The position numbers were made by a program, and so were the translations under genes. From Sulfurospirillaceae bacterium (lineage in GTDB: Bacteria; Campylobacterota; Campylobacteria; Campylobacterales; Sulfurospirillaceae): a DNA stretch of 64,000 nucleotides. The notes under the pieces are model-generated. The model worked only from the letters and a program-made list of their open reading frames with translations. It was not told the DNA's origin and made no database searches. This document shows, one piece after another, positions 57,296-64,000 of the stretch (position 1 is the stretch's first letter; each line of letters begins with the position of its first letter). Location: the NCBI GenBank assembly GCA_033723415.1, contig JAWVXD010000011.1:1-64000 (forward strand), given 5' to 3'.

Positions 57296-59209
57296 TTATA
57301 TTGCTTTTGCTATATATTTATTTAATCTTTTAGTGAAACCTGAGATATCATCTATCTTCATGCCCTCAGCCAACTTAGCTTGATCTAAAAGCAGATACGA
57401 TACATCCTGTAAGGCTGCAAAATCTTGCTTATCTAGAATCCTTGCAAATATTTCATGTTTTGCATTTAGCTCAAGGATCGGTTTTACATTTGGTAGATTT
57501 TCCTGTCCCATTTGTTTTAACATCTCTTGCATCTGAAAATCTGGATCATTCTTGTCATATACAAGAACAGAAGGAGAATCACTTAGTCTTGAAGAAATTT
57601 TGACATCTTTTACGTCATCTTTTAGGATTTCTTTGATCTTAACTAAGATTTGTTGGAAGTTCTTTTCATCTTCTTCACTTATCTTGTCTTCTTCTTTGAT
57701 TTCTTCGTCTATATCAGAGTTGTTTACAGGTTTGATTGGCGTTTTATCATATTCACCTACCATTGGAATAACGATTGCATCAACTTCTTCATCAAGTAAA
57801 AGAACTTCTATATCTTTTGCCTTAAATTGCTCTATAAGAGGTGAGTTTTTTAGTAAAACTTCATTTTGTCCCGTGATATAGTAGATGCTTTTTTGATCTT
57901 CTCCCATAGCATCTTTATACTCTTTCAAAGAGATCAATCCTTCTCTTTTGCTAGATTTAAACATGACAAGATCCAAAAGAGCTTCTTTGTTCTCAAAATC
58001 TCCATATAAGCCCTCTTTGAGTACTCTACCGAAAGTATTGTAAAATTCGAGGTATTTTTCACTGTCTTTTTCTTTGAGTTTTTTGAGCTCGCCGAGTATC
58101 TTTTTGACAGAAGATCTTTTTATTGTTTCTAAGATTCTGTTTTGCTGAAGTATTTCACGGCTTACATTCAGAGGTAGATCTTCAGCATCGATGATCCCTC
58201 TTACAAATCTAAGATATGTCGGTAGAAGTTCTTTTTCATCATCTGTGATAAAAACTCTTTTGACATAGAGCTTGACACCCGGTTTATAATCAACACGGAA
58301 AAGATCCATAGGCTGTGTCGATGGTATGAAAAAGAGAGTTTTATACTCTATAGTGCCTTCAGCTTTTGTGTGTATCCATAGTAGTGGATCAGTGCTGTCA
58401 TGAGAGATTTGCTTATAAAAGTCTTTGTATTCATCGTCTTTGATTTGGGATTTATTTATGGTCCATAGTGCAGAAGCTTTGTTGATTTGGACTTCTTTTA
58501 TCTCTTTTTTAGGCTCTTCTTTTTCATCTTTTGCTGGAATTGTCTCTTCTTTATCCATAAAGATTTCAAACGGTATGTGATTTGAGTATTTTTTGATGAT
58601 CGCTTCTATTCTATAGAACTCTAAAAATTCCAATTCGTCATCTTTTAGGTGCAGTGTAATTGTTGTTCCAAAATCTTCTTTTTGAGATTTTGAGATTTCG
58701 TATTCTCCACTTGCTTCGCTAGACCATAGGTATGCTTCATCTTCATTTGCTTTTTTTGTTAAAACTTCTATTTTATTCGCGACCATAAAAGCTGAGTAGA
58801 AACCGACTCCAAATTGCCCTATAAGTTGAGAGTCTTTTTTATTATCTCCGCTCAATTGTGAAATGAAAGATTTTGTCCCGCTTTTTGCAATAGTTCCAAG
58901 ATTTTCAACTAAATCTTCTTCATTCATCCCTATCCCATTATCACTGATAGACAGAGTTTTTGCTTCTTTGTTGAATTCGATCTTGATCTTTGGTCTAAAA
59001 GACAAAGATTTATAAGAATCATCAGTAAGCGTTAGATAATTTAGTTTATCAAGCGCATCAGATGAATTTGAGATGAGTTCTCTCAAAAATATTTCTTTAT
59101 TTGAGTATAAAGAGTGAATCATGAGATCAAGAAGTTGTGTAACCTCTGTTTGAAATTTATGTTTGTGTGTTGTATTTTCTGTCGAATTGTCATTTGGTTT
59201 TTTTGGCAT
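57296..59209 (-). CDS. htpG: Molecular chaperone HtpG (Hsp90)
   Basis: [56 protein letters not shown]. Confidence 0.97.
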   Translation of the reverse strand: MPKKPNDNSTENTTHKHKFQTEVTQLLDLMIHSLYSNKEIFLRELISNSSDALDKLNYLTLTDDSYKSLSFRPKIKIEFNKEAKTLSISDNGIGMNEEDLVENLGTIAKSGTKSFISQLSGDNKKDSQLIGQFGVGFYSAFMVANKIEVLTKKANEDEAYLWSSEASGEYEISKSQKEDFGTTITLHLKDDELEFLEFYRIEAIIKKYSNHIPFEIFMDKEETIPAKDEKEEPKKEIKEVQINKASALWTINKSQIKDDEYKDFYKQISHDSTDPLLWIHTKAEGTIEYKTLFFIPSTQPMDLFRVDYKPGVKLYVKRVFITDDEKELLPTYLRFVRGIIDAEDLPLNVSREILQQNRILETIKRSSVKKILGELKKLKEKDSEKYLEFYNTFGRVLKEGLYGDFENKEALLDLVMFKSSKREGLISLKEYKDAMGEDQKSIYYITGQNEVLLKNSPLIEQFKAKDIEVLLLDEEVDAIVIPMVGEYDKTPIKPVNNSDIDEEIKEEDKISEEDEKNFQQILVKIKEILKDDVKDVKISSRLSDSPSVLVYDKNDPDFQMQEMLKQMGQENLPNVKPILELNAKHEIFARILDKQDFAALQDVSYLLLDQAKLAEGMKIDDISGFTKRLNKYIAKAI

Positions 59210-59262
59210 ATTTTCTCCTTTATTGTGTTAATTTTTAAGATTGTTATTTTAAATAGAGTGGA

Positions 59263-59285
59263 ATTTTACCACAATTTTGGTAAAA
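59263..59285 (-). promoter_or_regulatory. htpG extended -10 overlapped by an 8-bp inverted repeat
   Basis: Minus-strand TGgTAAAAT (59263-59271); TTTTACCA-caattt-TGGTAAAA (59264-59285). Confidence 0.45.
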
Positions 59286-59335
59286 GTTTAATAAAAATAT
59301 GAAATAAACTTTAGTCTCTTCTGTCAACTTTGAGT

Positions 59336-59722
59336 TTATTTCAAAATATATTCCAAGCCTTTAAACCCAATTCCTGCGAAAAGAACGGTTCCAAAAACAT
59401 TGAGCATCATGTTGGAAAATCCCAGGAAAACACTTCCTTCACTAAAGAGCCAAAAAGTTTCTAGCGCAAAGGTAGAGTATGTGGTGAGAGCACCCATCAT
59501 ACCGGTTGAAAGCAATGATTTCATGTGTGGAGAAAAGATATCTGTATAAGTAAAAAGTGCAAACAAGACTCCTAAAGTCAAACTACCGATCAGATTGACG
59601 CCGAGTGTTCCAAAAGGAAGATCATGAGGAACATGTTTATTGATAACACCGTTTAAATATGCCCGGAGTATTGCACCTATAAAACCACCGCTACCTATTG
59701 CTAGTAAAGTTTGCAAGCTCAT
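59336..59722 (-). CDS. crcB: Fluoride efflux channel
   Basis: GGFIGAILR, PFGTLGVNLIGS, TGMMGALTTYSTF. Confidence 0.95.
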   Translation of the reverse strand: MSLQTLLAIGSGGFIGAILRAYLNGVINKHVPHDLPFGTLGVNLIGSLTLGVLFALFTYTDIFSPHMKSLLSTGMMGALTTYSTFALETFWLFSEGSVFLGFSNMMLNVFGTVLFAGIGFKGLEYILK

Positions 59723-60392
59723 CGTTTAGTACCTTTTGCATGTTTTCTTTGATATTGTTATACCAGTTTTCATCTTCTTTTGGATTTACTACGTCTAAAA
59801 ATTTTACTATTACACTTCCGCTATGTGCCTCGATATTTTGTGAGTCTAGTATGTACCTTGTGTTGACAACGACAACAGGTTGGACTTTAAGTTCAAGTTT
59901 CTCAGCCAAAAATTTTGCTCCGTTTTGAAACTTTAGTATCTTTTCCCCGTCACTTCTAGTTCCTTCAGGAAATATAGCGATAACTCTTCCTTTGGACAGT
60001 CGATCCTTTGCTTCTTTTACGAGTTTTACCAAAGATCTTCTATCCTTCCTGTCTATGATTATCATCTTTGGAGCTTCTAATATATGTCCAAACAGTGGAA
60101 TATCTCGAATCTCTTTTTTAGCAACCCAACATAAATCTTTTGGATGTATCGCTTCTAGTGATGTGATATCAAGTAAACTTTGGTGATTTACAAGTATAAG
60201 CTCAGCATCTAAATTTGGTGTGCCCTTTTGAATGATCTTAAAATTTATCAAAAAAGTTTGCATCTTTGCCCATGTCTGTCTTATTTTGTAGGTGCTGTTT
60301 TTGAAAATGTACATTAAAATTATCGTAACAAGTACTGTAAAAACAAACTGTGCCATTATAAATAGTGCTTTAATTTTTGATAACATTTGCAT
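59691..60392 (-). CDS. plsC: 1-acyl-sn-glycerol-3-phosphate acyltransferase
   Basis: NHQSLLD, AKKE, FPEGTRS. Confidence 0.92.
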   Translation of the reverse strand: MQMLSKIKALFIMAQFVFTVLVTIILMYIFKNSTYKIRQTWAKMQTFLINFKIIQKGTPNLDAELILVNHQSLLDITSLEAIHPKDLCWVAKKEIRDIPLFGHILEAPKMIIIDRKDRRSLVKLVKEAKDRLSKGRVIAIFPEGTRSDGEKILKFQNGAKFLAEKLELKVQPVVVVNTRYILDSQNIEAHSGSVIVKFLDVVNPKEDENWYNNIKENMQKVLNDELANFTSNR

Positions 60393-61536
60393 CCTTTATC
60401 CAGCCAATTTTTCCGTTTGGAAGGATTATTTTTATATAGTTGTTTATTTTTTTGATCTTTTGAGCATAAATGATCCTAGGCGTTACAAAGAAAACCGTAG
60501 AATTCCTTGTCGGCAATATGTAAACCTTTGTATCTGCAGAGATTTTGATACTGCTTAGAGGATTCATATTTATGAAGAACATGATCACAGTAAATACTAA
60601 AAGTAACAAATAGATTACTCTTCTTCTCGTGATAGCAAGTATCAGAAAGATTATAGCAAAAAGTCCGTACATGGCATTTTTATAAATCTTAAATCCGTCA
60701 TCTTTAGGATTTAGATTGCTTTGTGTACTCACATCATCATTATCTACTACTATATCAACGCTTTTTTTCACAAAATTATTTTCTTTAGTATTAAAGTATG
60801 TAAAGGTGAGACTTTCTGTATGTTTTGGGATAATAGCATAATAATAAATCTTATAATATGGCGTATTATCCTCTGCTGAATCTATACCGTCTCTTAGTAC
60901 TGTAGATAGTTTGAAATCTTTTAGATTTGAGTTTTTTGCTTCGATCTCAAGTACTGTTATGAGATTCTTCTCGTCAAAATTTGATGTTTTACTCTTAATT
61001 ATATCTAATGAATCTGCTATAACGTTTGAAAAATATTTGTCCGCATTTAGATTTATTATATTTAATGAAAGAGGAGGGAATAATTGTGAATTTGTGATAT
61101 TTCCGTCTTTATACAGATCAAAAGATATCTCCGGAAAAGTTGCATTTTTATCCACTACTTTGAAGTAAAAAGTCTTAAAAAACAATTCATTGTTCTTCCA
61201 TTTCCAGTTTTCGTCTGTATTTAGAATATCTATGCCATTGTTTTTGATTATATTATTTTTTATCTCATCAAAGTCTTGTGTTGAGACTAGAGCTTTTACT
61301 TTTATTGGAAAAATTTGCCCGACAAATACTTTATCAGGCACATCTTGATAAGATAAAAATATAGTTTGTTTCTGATCTATAAGATTTGTGGCATTTGTTT
61401 CATTACTATCATTTTTATCATTGCTTGAAATTGTAAGGTTACTTGCTTCTTGCGTTAAATTAGTGTCGCTACTTATATTTAGATCATTGCCAAAAACTAT
61501 AGAAACTAAAAAAACAAAAACAAAAACAATCCTCAT
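60370..61536 (-). CDS. Conserved Campylobacterota exported/membrane protein with C-terminal SH3-like domain (Cj0515-like)
   Basis: Signal peptide, two C-terminal TM segments, ILPT..ST...KI......GWI; position between purQ and plsC. Confidence 0.7.
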   Translation of the reverse strand: MRIVFVFVFLVSIVFGNDLNISSDTNLTQEASNLTISSNDKNDSNETNATNLIDQKQTIFLSYQDVPDKVFVGQIFPIKVKALVSTQDFDEIKNNIIKNNGIDILNTDENWKWKNNELFFKTFYFKVVDKNATFPEISFDLYKDGNITNSQLFPPLSLNIINLNADKYFSNVIADSLDIIKSKTSNFDEKNLITVLEIEAKNSNLKDFKLSTVLRDGIDSAEDNTPYYKIYYYAIIPKHTESLTFTYFNTKENNFVKKSVDIVVDNDDVSTQSNLNPKDDGFKIYKNAMYGLFAIIFLILAITRRRVIYLLLLVFTVIMFFINMNPLSSIKISADTKVYILPTRNSTVFFVTPRIIYAQKIKKINNYIKIILPNGKIGWIKDANVIKN

Positions 61537-61540
61537 GTGA

Positions 61541-62212
61541 TTATTTTAAAAATCCCTCTAACATTCTAACTCCGTCATTTGAACCAAGTATATCTTCTAT
61601 AGCTCGCTCCGGATGAGGCATAAGTCCAAAGATATTTTTATTTTTATTGCAAATCCCGGCGATTGATCCTATAGATCCGTTTGGATTTTCCGTATTGCCG
61701 TTTTCATCACAATATTCTAAAAGTATTTGATTGTTATCATACAGGTCTTTTAGTCCATCGTCATCTATAAAATAATTACCTTCGCCATGAGCTATAGGAA
61801 TATTTATAATCTCTCCTTTTTGAAAATTTTTCAAAAAAGTATTGTCATTGTTAATAACCTTTAAGTGCTGGTACTTGGATATAAAGTGAGTATTTTGATT
61901 TCGCTTCATAGCACCTTGTAACAACTTTGTTTCCAAGAGCATCTGAAATCCGTTGCAAATGCCAAGCACCAAGCCACCTCTGTTAGCATAACCGATAGTA
62001 GCATTCATGATAGGAGAAAACTTAGCAATAGCAGCACTTCTTAAGTAGTCTCCATAGCTAAAACCACCGGGGAGAACGACCAAGTCAGTTCCGCTTGGCA
62101 GTACTTCTTCTTTATGAAATACCAATTCTACGGTAGCACCTAGTTTTTCAAAAGCGTATTTTGTATCTATTTCACAATTTGTACCTGGAAATACGGCAAC
62201 TGCAACTTTCAT
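61541..62212 (-). CDS. purQ: Phosphoribosylformylglycinamidine synthase, glutaminase subunit
   Basis: FPGTNC, PGGFSYGDYLR, GICNGFQ, AHGEG, MPHPER. Confidence 0.97.
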   Translation of the reverse strand: MKVAVAVFPGTNCEIDTKYAFEKLGATVELVFHKEEVLPSGTDLVVLPGGFSYGDYLRSAAIAKFSPIMNATIGYANRGGLVLGICNGFQMLLETKLLQGAMKRNQNTHFISKYQHLKVINNDNTFLKNFQKGEIINIPIAHGEGNYFIDDDGLKDLYDNNQILLEYCDENGNTENPNGSIGSIAGICNKNKNIFGLMPHPERAIEDILGSNDGVRMLEGFLK

Positions 62213-62258
62213 ATTAATTCCTCTGTATTGAGCGAATTTGTATTTAGATCAAACATTT

Positions 62259-62501
62259 TCATACAATCTCTATATTATAAGTTTCTATAACGGTATTAGC
62301 AAGAAGTTCTTCACACATTTCTTCTACTCTTTTAAATGCTTTTTCCTCGTCATCACCCTCTAGATCAAGAATGATCTGCTTACCTACTCTAACATTTTGA
62401 ACTTCATTGAATTTTAAGGCAAGCAGTGCATGTGAGACTGCTTTACCTTGAGGATCCAAGACGCCTTCTTTTAATTGAATATTTACGATTACTTTCATCA
62501 A
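62259..62501 (-). CDS. purS: Phosphoribosylformylglycinamidine synthase subunit PurS
   Basis: LKEGVLDPQGKA, VRVGK, LLANTVIE. Confidence 0.96.
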   Translation of the reverse strand: MMKVIVNIQLKEGVLDPQGKAVSHALLALKFNEVQNVRVGKQIILDLEGDDEEKAFKRVEEMCEELLANTVIETYNIEIV

Positions 62502-62553
62502 ATCTCTCCTTGTAACTTAATTTTGAATTTCAAGATCTAAAAAATTTAAAATT

Positions 62554-63267
62554 TTATTTACTCAAAATTCTTTTTAGAACTTCTTCATAAGCAACTTTTA
62601 CATTGCCTAGACCTTGTCTAAATCTATCTTTATCTAGTTTTTCGTGTGTTGTAGAGTCCCAAAAACGACAACTGTCCGGGCTGATTTCATCTGCAAGTAA
62701 TATGTTCCCTTGGTCATCTACACCAAACTCAACTTTAAAGTCTATAAGGTCAAGTCCTCTATTCTCAAAAAATTTCTTTAAAATGCTGTTTATTTCTCTT
62801 CCTTGTCTCTTAAGTTCTACAAGATCAGATTCACTTTTCACAAGATTCATAAGAAGACAATGTTCGTCATTTAGTATTGGATCATCTAAGTCATCATCTT
62901 TGTAATAAAACTCAACAAGTGCAAATGGCAACTTTTTGCCGTCTTCTATACCTAATCTCTTTGAAAGTGAGCCGGTTGCCGTATTTCTAACGACAACTTC
63001 GATTGGTATGATTGTAACTTTTTTTACAAGTTGTGTTGTATCGTCCAATGCTTCCAGCAAGTGTGTTTTGATGCCATTTTCTTCTAAAAGATGAAACAAT
63101 TGCGTACTTATTTTACAGTTTAACGCACCTTTCCCTTCTTCGCTTCCCATTTTCTGTGCGTTAAATGCCGTCAAATCATCTTTGAACTCTGCGATCAATA
63201 GATTTGCATCTTCAGTTTTGTATAACTTTTTACCTTTGCCTTCGTACAGTAACTCTTTCTTTGTCAA
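62554..63267 (-). CDS. purC: SAICAR synthase
   Basis: [50 protein letters not shown]. Confidence 0.97.
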   Translation of the reverse strand: MTKKELLYEGKGKKLYKTEDANLLIAEFKDDLTAFNAQKMGSEEGKGALNCKISTQLFHLLEENGIKTHLLEALDDTTQLVKKVTIIPIEVVVRNTATGSLSKRLGIEDGKKLPFALVEFYYKDDDLDDPILNDEHCLLMNLVKSESDLVELKRQGREINSILKKFFENRGLDLIDFKVEFGVDDQGNILLADEISPDSCRFWDSTTHEKLDKDRFRQGLGNVKVAYEEVLKRILSK

Positions 63268-63275
63268 GGTATATC

Positions 63276-63998
63276 CTAATTTCTGTTATTTTTGATAGAT
63301 AATATTTTAATAGCGTCTATAGCTGTTTTCAATTGTATATCATTTTCAACTTCGTCAGGCGTTATGACATCTTTTTTTGAAACTTCTTTTGAAACTTTTT
63401 TCTTGTCTATCTTAGCCAATTCTCTTTGTAAGTGCATCTTTAGCTCTTTTTCTTTTATGCTAAATGCATCTACTTTGTGTGGAACTTTACCTGCATATAC
63501 AATAACATCAGGTGTTACACCGACTGCTTGTATAGTTCTTCCGCTTGGTAGATAGTATCTTGCTATAGTTAATCTTAGAGCTTCAGTATTATTAATAGGA
63601 AGTATAACTTGAACGCTTCCTTTTCCAAATGTTTTTTCACCGATTATAACAGCTCTTTTGAAGTCTTGTAAAGCACCGCTTACAATCTCGCTTGCACTTG
63701 CACTTCCGCCGTTTACTAGTACAGTCATCGGAACTCTTGACATCGTTGCTGATTTTGTTGCATGATACGAGATATCTTCATTGGCATCACGTCCCTTTTG
63801 AGATACGATGACACCTTTGTCTACAAAAAGATCAACTAATCCAACTGCCTGATTCAAAAGGCCGCCTGGGTTATTTCTAAGATCAAGTATGATACCTTTT
63901 ACGTCTCTATGGCTGGATAGTGCTTTTTTAGCTTCTTCTACGACATTTTTACTGAAACTACTAACTCTCAGGTAAAGTATATTTTCATTTTCTATCGT
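63276..63998 (-). CDS. ctpA: C-terminal processing protease (S41 family), 5' part outside the window
   Basis: Frame continues to the window end (DLRNNPGG); [32 protein letters not shown]. Confidence 0.92.
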   Translation of the reverse strand, partial: TIENENILYLRVSSFSKNVVEEAKKALSSHRDVKGIILDLRNNPGGLLNQAVGLVDLFVDKGVIVSQKGRDANEDISYHATKSATMSRVPMTVLVNGGSASASEIVSGALQDFKRAVIIGEKTFGKGSVQVILPINNTEALRLTIARYYLPSGRTIQAVGVTPDVIVYAGKVPHKVDAFSIKEKELKMHLQRELAKIDKKKVSKEVSKKDVITPDEVENDIQLKTAIDAIKILSIKNNRN

Positions 63999-64000
63999 TT

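Noticed and set aside
118..63555. Numerous 60-145 aa antisense or nested ORFs in the ORF track
   Set aside because: They lie within well-supported genes, mostly on the opposite strand, and lack recognisable motifs; treated as shadow ORFs
1..64000. Mobile elements, prophage, CRISPR, tRNA/rRNA, anti-phage defence systems
   Set aside because: No transposase, integrase, phage gene, repeat-spacer array or structural RNA signature was recognised; the UvrD helicase looks like the conserved housekeeping type

Overview
AT-rich chromosomal window from a Campylobacterota (epsilonproteobacterial) genome, probably a free-living Sulfurospirillum-like organism. This is inferred from the ctpA-purC-purS-purQ-hyp-plsC-crcB-htpG synteny and the Cts-like pilus block. 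Contents in order: (1) 1-11 kb, the end of a Wzy-type surface polysaccharide locus with a MurJ-type flippase, amino-sugar enzymes and two initiating transferases; (2) a pirin and a CxxCH-sensor GGDEF-EAL protein whose promoter sits between perfect 17-bp inverted repeats; (3) an HMG-CoA lyase/CoA-transferase pair, satP, a GDSL esterase, EamA and an EmrAB-TolC pump; (4) a Cyc2-type monoheme cytochrome-porin fusion (candidate Fe(II) oxidase or outer-membrane electron conduit) divergent from a CusRS-like two-component system; (5) mog, uppP and valS; (6) a ~20-kb MSHA/Cts-like type IV pilus locus led by a CxxCH-sensor diguanylate cyclase, with a giant MshQ-like adhesin (apparent ATT start, about 30 N-glycosylation sequons), an MshEN-bearing ATPase, an unannotated 33-aa membrane protein and two tandem pilins; (7) a UvrD helicase, YyaL, htpG and housekeeping genes. 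No rRNA, tRNA, CRISPR array or transposase was seen. All family calls come from motif recognition by eye, not database searches.
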